Source: Nemertoderma westbladi (Eukaryota > Animalia > Xenacoelomorpha). From it: a stretch of 64,000 nt of DNA. Made by a program: the position numbers and the translations under genes. Within the stretch, counting starts at the first letter, position 1, and every line of letters starts with the position of its first letter. Below the pieces are notes generated by a model. That model searched no databases. It was not told the DNA's origin and saw nothing but the letters and a program-made list of their open reading frames with translations. The stretch is from assembly GCA_032718475.1 (NCBI GenBank), contig JAUCBJ010007728.1, positions 124,001 through 188,000 of the forward strand, written 5' to 3'. Positions 28,871-41,800 of this stretch are shown in pieces.

Positions 28871-31800
28871 CTATTTACTAATATTGGGTGGAGATTTGTA
28901 GTCTCCTGTCTCGTTTCTAGTCTCCTCAAGGAGCACGAGACGTTGTACAGGCCTATCTACGGTACGTCCGTCGATAGTCCTTACAGTAACTGTCCTCACT
29001 ACACCAGATGTAGGGTGCGTGGTCAAAATGACTCCAGTCAGCCAAAAACGTCTTTTCAGATTTGCTTCAGCCAATAAAACATGGTCACCACGTCTTAAAC
29101 ATCGGGTATTTAGATACCAAGAGGTTCTGGTCGAAATAGAGGGCAAATAATATTTCTGCCATATTTCCCAGAATTTATTTGCAAGCAATTGAGTGATTTT
29201 CCAAGCCTTGTTGCCGTATCCGTCACTATCAACGGGTACCGAAATGGGCAACAATGTCGTCGGCGCCTGCATAAGCAGGTGCGCTGGTGTCAAGGCAAAC
29301 TGTACGTCGTTATTGTCTGGGATCAAAGCGATCGGTCTAGTATTTAAGATTGCTTCGATTTCTATTAGTAACGTCGTCAGTTGGTCGTCTGTCAAGATGT
29401 GTTGCGTCGGTACGACTTTAGCCATAGCTGTCTTTATTGAGCCAATCAGCCTTTCCCAAACGCCGCCTCTCCACGGACTGTCTGGAGTATTGAAATACCA
29501 AACAATACGGTGAGGACGTAGTTCCTCGGAAATCTGGTTTTGGTCCAATTTTCTCAAAGCTCTGGTTATTTCGTTCCGTGCACCCACAAAGTTTGTCCCT
29601 TGGTCGCAGTAAATGGATTTGACCAATCCACGTCTAGCGATAAATCGCCGTAAGGCTAGGATAAAGGCATTGGTGGTCAAGTCTGTCACTCGCTCTATAT
29701 GGACAGCTCTGCTGGCCATGCAAGTGAAGATCAATCCCCAACGTTTTACCTGTACCCTTCCGCGTTTCGCGATTATGGATCCCTGTCTCAGTGAAAGGGG
29801 GTCTAAATGCCTGTAATCTCGCTAGTGGTAGTTCACTCATTTCTTGGTGTCCTATCTTCGCGTGCACCTTCTTACAAATAATACAGTTCCGTGTTACCGA
29901 ACTCAGTGCCTTACTAGGTCTAATCAGTACAAACCTCGAGCGTAAGTGTGATAGACAGTGGTGTCTACCTACGTGTTTGAGTTGTACATATGCGTCCAGT
30001 ATCATAGCGTGCTGTAATTCATGGTGTTGCGGTATGATGATAGGATACCTAAAGTCAAGTGCAAAGTCGATGTTTTGGAGTCTGGACTTGTGACAAAGTA
30101 AGCCCCGGTAAATAATCGGACTCCAACTCAAAATCGGTGAAGACTTAATCTGTTTACCTTGTTTGATCGCTGTGAATTCTCGTGTGAAATATCGCAATTG
30201 ATAATGTCTAATGATATCAACTTCACAGTGGCCAATTTCCTTTAAGGTAAGTCTTCTAGGAAAGTCGCGTTTGCCTCTGGCATATTGTCTCAATCGTTTG
30301 AGCCATGCTAACTTGCGGCACGCGTCAGTCCATGATCTAGTTAGGTTCACTATCCTGTCAACGTAAGTGTTAGTGACGTCATCAGGTATGGTGTAGTCGT
30401 AGTGTGGATACTTGTCTGGACTTGGTAGGCCCACGGGCCTTCCGGTAGGTTTGTCTGAGTCCCCAAGTACGTCAATCTCTACAGTCTTACCTTTACCGTC
30501 CGCACCTAATGTGTCGACTGGCAGTAACGGTTTCAACTCTACAGTGTCAGTGTGTTCCTGTGAGCCTGTAAGCTTCCTAACCTTAGTCACACGTTTACCT
30601 GTAGGTGGTAAGTCAAGTACCTTCTTTGAGCGGAGTGTAATCCCTGTGGCCACACCTTTGTCATCCAAAGAAGTCGAATTCGGTAAGTCTCTAAAAGTCC
30701 ACTCCAATGGGTCTTCTAATGGAGTGTCTAATAGACAGTCTGGTGAAGCGTCTGGTGAACAGTCTGGTGAGACGTCTGGTGAGACATAGCGCGGAACTTC
30801 CGGCGAAATGTCCTGTCGTTGGTCCCAAATTCTGTCTAGCGTAACTTCTGTCAGAAAGTCTGGTTCAAAGTCTGGTGGACAGTCTGTAGAGATGTCTGGT
30901 GGAAAGTCTGGTGAGACATCCGGTAGACATTCTGTCGAGAGTTCCATCAAACAATCTGGCGAACAATCCGGAGAACAATCTGGTGTCGCTTCTGGTGAAT
31001 AGTCTGGCGAGTAATCTGGTGAACAATCCGGCGGAACGTCTGGTGAAATCTCCCGCGGAACATCCGGCAAAGGATTCGTACAAGCGTCTGGTCGAATGTC
31101 TGGTGAGACGTCTGGCGTAATGTCAGGTCTGGCGTCCAGGTCATCAGATTTCGTCCGTCCTTTTTTCCTCTTGACCTTGGCGTTGGCTTTCGCTTTAGAC
31201 TTGACAACCTTGTCGATTTTTATCTCGGCACCCTCTGGTATGGTGTTGGTTGTCGCGTCGAATAACGGTGGCCATTCGTCTGATGGTCGCTGTAGGAAAT
31301 CGGGTCCTCTAAACCAAAAGGATTTATTGTCCGGTTTACAAAAGTCAAGCGGTTGCATCCCCCGTGACGCGATGTCAGCTGGGTTCAGCTTCCCTGGACA
31401 GTGACACCAATCTTGTTTGAGCGACCGGTCTAGTATTTCAGCCCGTCTGTTGGCTACGAAAGTCTTGAACTCAAATGCTTCGTTGTTTATGTACCAAAGT
31501 ACCAATGTCGCATCCGTCCAATATGTGACCTTCAAGTTAGCCTCCAGCTCACGTTGAACTAGACTGACAATATCTGTGGATATCGTCCTGGCTTGCAGCT
31601 CCCCACGAGGTACAGTCATATACTTCAATGGCATTGTTCTAGCCCTTGAAGTAACGAGAGATACATCGTAGCTGTCCGATGTCACTTGTCGTCTAAGGTA
31701 TAAGGTAACCCCCAATCCATCCTTGCTAGCGTCACTAAAGCTGTGAAGCTCTAAATCGGCAGGAAAGGTGGTTTGTAAAGGAAAGTATACCCTCGGTATG

Positions 31801-33404
31801 GTATAGTCTTGTAGGAACGTCAGTTGGGCTTCCCAGTCCCTCCATCGCTCAGCTAACTTTTCTGGGATGGGGTCGTCCCATTCCAGTCCGGCTTGCCAAA
31901 TGTTGCGGAGTATGATCCTAGCATGTAGGATCACTGGACTAATGAAACACAGTGGGTCATACAATCGACTCATGGTCGATAAGCAAGTCCTCTTAGTGAG
32001 AGGTCTAGTCTGGTCGTTGGACCTTACACGTACCCTAAAATTGTCGGTGTTAGGGTCCCAACTAAGTCCTAATACTTTGGTCGTCGGCAGAGGTTCTAAG
32101 TCTAAGTCCAAGTCACCTCCACTGCGATCCATCGGGTCAAATGAGTTCACCAGCTCGGGTTCGTTGGAAGCAAACTTCGTCAGGTGAAATCCGCCCTCAG
32201 CGAGACAATCCTGGAGTTGGTGTGCTACGGTTGTAGCGTGCTCCAAGGTGTCACAACTCTTGAGGCCATCATCCACGTAGAAATCTCGTTCCACGGTCCG
32301 AACTACTTCTGGCTCAAATTGGTCTCGTGTGTCTAATGCGGTCTGCTTTAATGCGTACATGGTGCAGTTGGGGCTGTCCCTGGCTCCGAATACTCTTACC
32401 TGCATTAGGTAAGTCTCTGGCGGAAGTTGTAAGTTTCCATCCGGATACCAAAGAAACCTCAAACTGTCCCTGTCCCGCTCCAAAGCCTTAACCTGGTGAA
32501 ACATGGCCTCTACGTCACAGGTGAAAGCCACTTTGCGTTGTCTAAAACGCATTAGGACTCCCATGAGGTAATTGTTCATATTCGGCCCGTTCATCAGTTC
32601 GCTATTCATAGACATCCCTTGGTAAAGTGCAGCGCAGTCGTTGACTACACGCACCTTGCCAGGTTTGTCCGGGTGTCGAACAAAATGATGTGGCAGGTAA
32701 TATGTCTGGTCTGTGGTTACCTCGGGATTTAACATCCTAATGGCGTATCCCTTTTGGAGATACGTCTGAAGTTGTGCATTGTATTGCATATGGGCCGTCT
32801 CGTCTCGCAACAATCGCTGCCTTATTGATTTGAGTCGCCTCAAAGCAAGCGGGTAATTGTTAACGAGCTTAGGTTGTCCATTGCGCCACAACATACCAAC
32901 CTCATAGTGGCCATTCGCAGTCTGGCGAATGGTATCTCTCATAATATTTAATGACCGTTTTTCCTGTTCTGACATAGCGGTCTCGTAACCGGGTTCTGCT
33001 GAGTCCTGTTCCAACCATTGTATGGTCCGTTCAGTCAGCAGTCGGTCAAGCGCTGCTTGCACTGCGCCATGGTCCTCGTCCACGTCTTCGTCCGCTGCGG
33101 TGGCTAGTGTCAATGTGTCTGGTAGGCTCGCAAGCCTTCCGGTGTGACTAGTCGGCGTCGAATCGTCGTGCGGCTGTTTGACAACCTTTTGATCTGTCGG
33201 TAGGCTCGCAAGCCTTCCAAGATCAACGACCGGTGTCGAAGCCTGGTGGGTGGGGTCAATGACCTTCGGACTTTTCGGTAGTCTCGCAAGCCTTCCAAAA
33301 TCCTCGTTCATCGAGTCATCCACGGCAACAACCCTTTGGTCTTCAGTAGTCAATACAACCTGGTCTACTGCATGTAGTTGTAAGTCAGAGGTCCGTGTGG
33401 TCAT
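28871..33404 (-). pseudogene. pol: BEL/Pao pol fragment (RT, RNase H, integrase), frameshift near 29780
   Basis: YYLPHH, DVEAMFHQV, FYVDDGL, LHSFSDAS, YWTDAT, NPADIASRG, CIIC, CDQGTNF, GGVWERLI, FWEIWQKYYL. A short deletion removes DCFG. Confidence 0.93.
30730..31135 (-). repeat. In-frame 12-bp minisatellite encoding PDxS repeats
   Basis: Repeated TCTGG(T/C)GA units on +; protein PDCSPDYSPDYSPEATPDCSPDCS. Confidence 0.85.
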
Positions 33405-33484
33405 GTCCAGATCGGTTACGTCAGTATCGGTGGCGTCTGCGTTAGTGACGCAAGTCTGTCGTAGTGCCGTCCATACAATTGGAC

Positions 33485-35080
33485 AAGAATTTCAACTCAT
33501 TTAAATTGACCGCTACAAATTAATTGCATTTGTCTGTACCAATGAGACTGTAGTTATTTGATTGTAACCAATGTCGTGCAAGTTATATATTAGCTGGACC
33601 AATAGTTATCTTTAAAATCCTGTTAGAACCTATAGAACAATCGAGAATTTTCTCGATTGATTGCAGCACAAATTTGCTATATAAAGGTGCGATTTGTTCA
33701 TTAGTTATCAATCTTAATCTATCTCTCTATATTCAATTATTCTGAGTTATCTGATATTTGTTTATTCTGTTATTAGTATTCAGATTACATTTTGTATTAT
33801 TATCTGCAATAAATTCAGAAATACCGCTATCTGCTTTTCTTTCACCATGATTCACTACGGTGAACAAACTTAAGAACAGGATGGCCGGCTAGAGATCGGG
33901 CCGCAGCAATGAACGGGAACATCAGGGGAATGTAGACAAGAGACAACCCGCAATACCATCTCAGTTATTCGCCCATCGCCTGAAAGGTTAGACAGCGTTC
34001 GACGCCTTGCTACCTAAGCGTAAGACCAAAGATCAAAAGGTAGAAGTAGTGACACGCTGTGAGCCTAAAATTACATCTTAGGGACTGTACTGTTTTAATT
34101 CAGGAAAACCACGGTAGACCTTCACATTCCTTTAACTCTTGCTAATCCCTTACTCATTAACTCTTGCTAAGTACAGGTGTGTGTGCGACTATTTGTAGTA
34201 CGACAGTGTCCATTGCATTAGAACTTGTAGGCTAGGGGGGTTGCTGTGTTTTCACCTGAATTGGGATTGTACCATTCAGGCGGTAGGGCAGTTTACACTA
34301 GGCGCAAATAAATTGAGGCTATCAGGGATACTAACATCTACCGTGTCCCCGCCAACGCCCTAATAGGAAGTTACCCGGACTACCTGGGTGACTAAAATTC
34401 TAGATAGGAGCCAGGATAGCTATTAGTACCTGTACGCCTACAGTAGTAAACTAACACATCTCTTCTTAGTATCAGGGACCTGGTACCTAAAATTGCCGAA
34501 TTCTGGGCGTAGCATTAACCCTATGCCTGAATTTGAGTCCTGGAAATACGCAAGAGGGGAAGGAACCTTATCATTCGTGAGTATTAGACCTACAAGTTAC
34601 AAAATTAGAATATTCGTAAAATGCACACCGTACCCAGTAATTATATATGTGAAGGAGCAAAACTGTTTTGACCGTTCAGAATTAACACACGCGCGTTAGA
34701 AATTATTTACACCTCAAAATATATAAAATTAACTTTGTCCGTACTGTGCTTTGCCCGCTAGTTAGACATCTCCAAATCTCTGCCTGTACCTAGCTAGCGT
34801 CTCTTCGCCCAACCATATAAATCACACCGCGGCAAAGTATACAAGCCCCTTAGTCCGTCAGTGAGTCAGCCTGATTTTAGGATTCGCTGCGCGGGATTTT
34901 GTTTTATCGAAGTTTGTCTGCTCGTAGACTGTTTTCTGCCTCACCGGTTATAAGAGATCGATACTGCAATATATTCGCTTACTTAGAGTTTACTGTTTTG
35001 GTGAGAAGGTCGGATTTATGATTTGATTTACAAACTTTACAGTAGGATATTGCAGGTATTGTTACCGTCTCTTCCAATTA
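33485..35080 (+). repeat. 5' LTR (partial) of BEL element B
   Basis: Direct repeat of ~51050-52738. CCAAT boxes at ~33539/33568/33599, TATAAA ~33680, AATAAA ~33828. The true 3' boundary is unresolved. Confidence 0.88.
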
Positions 35081-35890
35081 GTAGGAATATGTTTTACTGA
35101 ACTACGGTTCGGTAGGACTAAAGTTATTTGAAAATTTTGTATTTTGAGGTAAAAATTTGTATTTGATTAGCTAAGTGCTAATTTTTTGAAATAAAATTTG
35201 ATTTGAATCGCGTGTAAAATATTTTTGGAATTGAATACCGGTGTTTAAAAGGGTTTAAATACCATATTGTACCGGTACAAAATTTTTCGTAAAAGTAAAA
35301 CCTAACTCTTTTGTTTTTTCAGGATTCAGAACTCATTTCTAGACTGTAACGGGAGCAAGACCGTGTTTAGCAAGTTTGGGAGATAGATAACTCAACAACT
35401 TTGGTTGAGAAAATCGTGTTTCGTCCGCAACGCTGAAAACGGAAAGGTTCACGTCCGGTTTGTATCTGGGAATCTGTTTTTCTGGAGAATTATTGGAGTG
35501 GGTGAGTTCGAAAAGTTGCATAAATAAGTTAGGCATTACCGTATTAGTTAAAATTATTGTGGGTTCCACTGTCTCAAGTATTTATGCATTCCGTATGATT
35601 TCTTTGTTCATTGCTGAATTAGTCCGTATTATTGTATTTAATTTACCTTTTGATAACGCATATCGTTATCCGATTTATTTGTTATAAAATTGGCCGTTAG
35701 GCTAATTTTATTATATACTTATTCCGTGACATTTATTTGCTGTAAAATTGGCCGTTTAGGCTAATTTTATCCATCTGCTATAAAATCGGCCGGTAGGCTA
35801 ATTTTATAAGACTGTAATTAGTACCGTTTTATACAAATACGGTAAGTTCGATACTTTGACACTCACTTTACTTGACTTATAACTACCGAA

Positions 35891-38800
35891 ATGAGTGACA
35901 AACAAGACTATACGAAAAATACACAAACCGACTATGACTCATGTGACGCGGATAAGTCAGCAGCGGAAGAACAACAGGGGAAGACTCGCGAGCCTACCGA
36001 ACCTACACCGTGTGCGTCACCAGTACATCCAACGGGAGTACCGGATGCCGTAGTACGAGGCGACGGCAGGACCGAGGACTTTCTAACTGTTCCGCAACCT
36101 AGATATAGGGAAACGGACATGGTAAGTTCAGCAGGAAGCACAGAAAGTGTGGTTAGAAGCGTCGGAGGTTACATGGCGCATATAACCAGGAGTATTGGAG
36201 AAGGCCAACGCATATTAGATGGGTTGACCGCTCCGATGTCTCGATTCGAGTTCTACACCCTCCAGGTTAGAGTACAGAGTAAAGTATATAAGTCCGTAGA
36301 TAATCTAGTTGGCCTACAAGATCTAGCTAGACAGAGACAGGACATGGATACTCAACTTAGAATCCTCGAGAAACTAATGATCGCTAGAGAGAAACTGATT
36401 CAGTTTAAGTCGACGATTAGACACATACAACAGGAACAAGCGGACCAGTTGTTAGGTGAGTCAGTTTCGGACGAATTATTACAGCCCGAGGAAGAACAGG
36501 AACTGTACCGACTGGATGGACAATTGAAACATCTAAAGGATCACTTACGTATGTGCGGCGAAGACGTCGGCGATTTGGAAACCATACCGGAATATACGAG
36601 GGACACTTCACTCGTACGAATCGAATCGGCAACGGGAATATTGGATCAATCGTTGGTGAGTATTCGCAGCGAAATTGGCGAGGTGAGTATGGCTACGTCA
36701 GAAACTGCTCGACAACAGCAACTCTACAGACAACAACAGGAGATGGAGGAACAAGCTCAACTTCTAGTGATGCAGGCAGCAGCAGAAGAAGAGAAGCTAC
36801 GCGTTGCGAATGTAGCGAGAATCTCTCATCTACAGGAACAAGCTGAATTAGAAGCAGCTGAAGTAGAAAGGTTAGAGGTAGACATTGCTCAACGAACAGC
36901 AGCGGCTGATTTAGCGCAACGAAACGCAGCGGCCGAACTAGAGCGACAAACGGCAGCGGCGGAATTAGAGCGACAAACGGCAGCAGCGGAATTAGAACGA
37001 GAACGGTTAGTTTCAGAAGCGCGGGCCGAAATGAAAACACGGCAAATAAAAGCTCAATCCGCTATACGACAAGCGGAGTTTGAGGCGCAACGACAACAAA
37101 CGGAACAAAGAGAGAAGACAGCTAAACTTCGTTTCGAACTCGAGAAGAAGGCGAGAGAATTAGCCAACGCCAAGGAAGATCTGGATCTACAAGCCCGTGA
37201 TCGATCGATGAGATCTCGTGACGGACATGATTTGGACCAGTTGGAGGTAAGACATCGCCAAATTCAGTAACGAAAGAAGGAAGGAAGCGTAGGAGCACCC
37301 GGACGGGAACGACAATTAGTAAAGGACTTGTGTCAACGATTCCCACAGGTAACTCATATGTTTGCACCGGTTACGACTAAGGAACCTGTTTCGATTGCTG
37401 GTAGCGGTGATATCTCTCCTATCCATGGTGTGACGGAACACAGGTTTGTTATTCCGGACAAGTTTACACCGCCAAGAGCAACGTCGTCGCCTATTCCGAA
37501 AGTCAAGGTAAGTAACCCGCCGATTACGGATCGTAGTAGTTTATTGACCGGACCTGCACTACTGACGACTAAACAGGTGAGTCCACCTTTGACGCCTAAA
37601 CCCGTTACACACTACGCTTACCCAATGACGTTTCGACCTACAAGGCCAGTTGATTCAAATGCTGTCATTCGCCCACCGGTTCAGTTTACATCGCAATCTA
37701 CGACTTCGAGGAAGACTTGTGAGCCTACCGAACAACGGAGAACAGTGGATACGCGACCGTTCAACCAATTTACATCGCAATCTACGACTTCGAGGAAGAC
37801 TTGTGAGCCTACCGAACAACGGAGATCAGTGGACGATGTTCCGAAACGGAATGTTAGAATTCGTACGACGCAACGGACGCGAGCACGTCGACCACCATAT
37901 CCAGATGATAGTAGTACTTCGAGCGAATCGGATTACCCGAAACGCGAGGTATTTAGAACAGGGGCGGCCGATGAATATAAACGCGAGCGTTCAGACAACT
38001 CCTTTGCAGACAATCCTCCACAGAATACACCAACACAGAAGGCGTTACAACCAACGGACGCAATTAGTACACAACAGTTCGCCGACATTCTGCGACCAGT
38101 TGTCAATAAGTTGGCTCAGATCGAGGAACGTCTGGAGGAAGGTTACACCGACAGTTCGAGAAATTCCGAATTCGAACACAATAGACACCCGAAGGAACCA
38201 CAAAGACCGGTACCTTCAAAACATACATCGTATCAGGGAAAAGCGCCAAGAAGGGAGAACATCAACCTGGTTACCAACCAAGGACGCGAAACTCTGAACG
38301 TTGCCGAGGAGATAGCGAAATTCGCAGCCAGACAGGGATTGCCGGTACAACAACCACCGAAGTTTTCCGGTAGCTCAAAACACTGGCATACTTTCGTAGA
38401 CTATATCGAATCCCAGATCGCCGTGTGCGCCTTTACATCACGGGAGAAGTTCAATTACCTGCTCCAAACGTTGTCAGGAGAACCTAAACGTTTGGCGGAG
38501 ACTTTCGTCAGTGTACCGGACGCTTTCGAACTAGCGTACGATCGTTTAACTTCGATATACGGAGGTACAGTTAGTATGGCCAGGTCAGTAATAGAGGAAC
38601 TCTGTAAGGGAGGGGCTATCACTAAACCCGTCGACTTATTAAAACTGGCCGACGAGATAAAAAACGCTATCACTACTTTAAGATCCATTGGACAACTTGA
38701 TTACGGGAATACCCCTACAGTCCTATTAAAGATCATAGGACGACTCCACCATCGACTTCGTCGGGAGTGGAGAAAGGTCGAATACCAGCGAGAAGAGCGG

Positions 38801-41800
38801 GGAGGATTCTTAAAATTAGAAGATGTGTACCTTTTAATATCCAGGGAGGCAGTAGTAGAAACTCGATCTAACTACACTGACCAGCACATCGTGGCAGAAG
38901 GGATCACCTTGCCATCCTCCAACCGACAAAAACCCCAGACAACATCCACTAAGACGGCCACTTACACCACACCGACGGAATCACGACAATTCTCGGACGG
39001 TAGTAGGGTATCTGCGCCCATTGGGACAAAACAGACGAGACAACAACTCGGTACCGACTTCAGCGGCTGCCAATACTGCGAGCATCTAGGCAAGCGGTAT
39101 ATCGGTCACAAGTTGAGGGGTTGTCGACAATTTCGCGAGTTGAACTCGGAAGAACGACGGCTGCAAATACGGCCATTGGACTCTTGTTGGCGGTGTACGC
39201 GACACGGACACGTCCGTAAAGATTGCCCAAATACCGACACTTGTCCATCCTGTGGACGCAACCACGACGGTCTGCTCCACACAGACAGCCACACGCCGAC
39301 AAAACGCTTCGCCAGGGAACACCCGGAAGCAGCAGCGAGATGTGATGCGGCCTACCGAAAACGAGAATCGAAAACGACTCCAACCTTCGTGACCCATATT
39401 GAGGATTGCTTCTCAGAACAATCCGGATCGTCGGACGAAGAGTTAGAAGACGACGACGAATATTCCAATGGAGACGAACAACCGTCGATCGCGCTTCTGA
39501 CTACTGACCAACTGAAGGGATTCAGTGTAATTCCGATTAAGATTACTGGCACAAAGGGGAGCAAAAGAATCTACGCGATTCTAGATTCAGCCTCATCTCA
39601 TAGCTACGTGGATGAAAAGATAGCTGACGTAGTGACGGATCTTAAACAAGGTAAGCGCGTCAGTTATACCGTAAGTAGTATGCACGGACAGCGTGCAATA
39701 CCAGTGACACGAGTTAAGTTGGACTTAGACTCTCTTCTTCCAAAATCGCAACACAGCGAGAGGGAGAGGTCTTTGTTACCCTTTAAAGATCTAACCTTTG
39801 CGGCCACGAAGGACTTTAGTAACCTACTAGGTCCAGTGCCGGAACAATCTCTAGAGGACCGTAAGTATTTCAGACACCTTGGTGTACCCGAATGTCCTGT
39901 CAATTATAGATCGGTAGCAATGCTGATCGGGACGGACCAATTCAACCTACATCAGGTGTGGGAAACCAGACCATCGGCAGTCGTAGCGGGAAACGCATAC
40001 GCCTGCAGAACGCCGATAGGGTGGTATACTCGAGCGCCTGTGCGCACACTAGACGTAAGTGACGAGGAAGACGATGTACAGAGTACATGTAGTTTATTAA
40101 CTACAAATTCAATTCATTCCTTTTCACACGACGTGAACCATACTACACTACAGTCGACAAAACATGACAGACGTGTAACTAGTATGATAAGTCACAAGGA
40201 GCAGCTAACCCACCAGGTGAGTTTAGAACTTGGGGAGAAGACGAGTCAGCTAGAGACTCCATCGACGACAGATGATAGGCTTGCGAGTCTACCTACCCCA
40301 ATAACTTCAACAATGCCCGTCGAGATCGACGATGACGCGTTGAGAAATCATCAGTTGGAACAAGCTGTACTAGACAAAGAATTAACGGAGAAGACTATCA
40401 GGTGGTTAGAACAAGATACAGCTGAACCTGGTAGCTACGAACCTTGTATGTCGGAACAGGAGAAACAATCTCTGAAGATCATGGAAGATACTATCCGCCA
40501 GACGAAAGACGGACATTATGAGGTAGGGATGTTATGGCGTAGCCAAAGTCCTAAACTTATAAACAACTATCCACTAGCCTTGAGACGTCTACACTCAATA
40601 CGGCAACGTCTATTAAAGGACGAGAAAGCCCATCTGCAGTACAACACTCAGATGGAGACGTATTTGACAAAAGGATACGCTATCCGAATGACTAACCCGG
40701 AAATAGTGACTGACCAAACCTATTACTTGCCACATCACTATGTGAGACACCCCGACAAACCAGATAAAGTACGCGTAGTCAATGACTGTGCGGCTCTGTT
40801 TGAGGGAATGTCCCTCAATAGTGAGTTGATGGATGGACCAAACATGAATAATTATCTTATGGGGGTGATTATGCGCTTCCGTCAGCGTCAAGTAGCTTTT
40901 ACTTGTGACGTTGAAGCGATGTTTCACCAAGTGAGAGCGTTAGAGCGAGACAGAGACAGTTTGCGGTTCCTCTGGTACCCGGAAGGAGACTTAAGTCTAC
41001 CACCGGCGACTTACCAAATGCAAGTTCGCGTTTTCGGTGCCAGAGACAGCCCAAATTGCACGATGTACGCCCTAAAGCAGGCCGCTAGAGATCAGAAACA
41101 TCTATATGACCCAGAGATAATTAGGATTGTGGAGCGTGACTTTTATGTAGATGACGGTTTACAGAGTTGCGACACAGTAGAACGTGCTACAACAGTAGCA
41201 CATCAATTACGGGACTGCTTAGCGGGCGGAGGTTTTAACCTCACCAAATTCGCCTCAAACAGTGCCGAATTAGTAGACTCATTCGGGACGACTGAGCGTG
41301 GTGGTGGTGACATAGACCTAGAGTTCGAACCACTACCGACGACTAAGGTGTTGGAGCTCTTTTGGGACCCAAACACAGACAACTTTCGAGTGAAAGTGAG
41401 ACTGGACAGTCAAGAGAACACACTGACAAAGAGATCATGCTTGTCAAAATTGAGCCGATTGTTCGATCCGTTAGGATTCATCAGTCCAGTGATACTGCAA
41501 GCCCGCATTTATATGCGCAGTATATGGAAGGATGGACTAACATGGGACGAGCCGATCTCATCAGACCAAGTGGACTTATGGAAGACCTGGGAGGCGGAAT
41601 TATCTTCGCTAGAGGATTATTCCATACCCAGGGTTTACTTTCCATTACAAAGTACATTTCCTGACAACTTGGAACTACACTGTTTTTCTGACGCCAGTGA
41701 CAACGGTTTTGGTGTGGCAGCGTACTTGCGCAGACAAGTAGAATCAGACGAGTTCGATGTTTCGCTCATTACTTCTAAGGCTAAGACCATGCCTACTAAG

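Larger units (their letters stand above)
21853..33484 (-). mobile_element. BEL/Pao LTR retrotransposon A, lacking 5' LTR, gag and protease
   Basis: BEL-type pol motifs, accessory ORF2 and a long 3' LTR ending ...CCTTACA exactly at the satellite junction (AACACTTA|TGTAAGG on +). Confidence 0.93.

Noticed and set aside
34493-34699. 68-aa ORF in both B LTRs (also 52151-52357)
   Set aside because: TTG start, duplicated only because it is in the LTR, and no counterpart seen in the element A LTR.
34999-35016. TGGTGAGAAGGTCGGATT as PBS of element B
   Set aside because: Present in both LTR copies, not preceded by CA, and out of register for a tRNA 3' end; the PBS remains unresolved.
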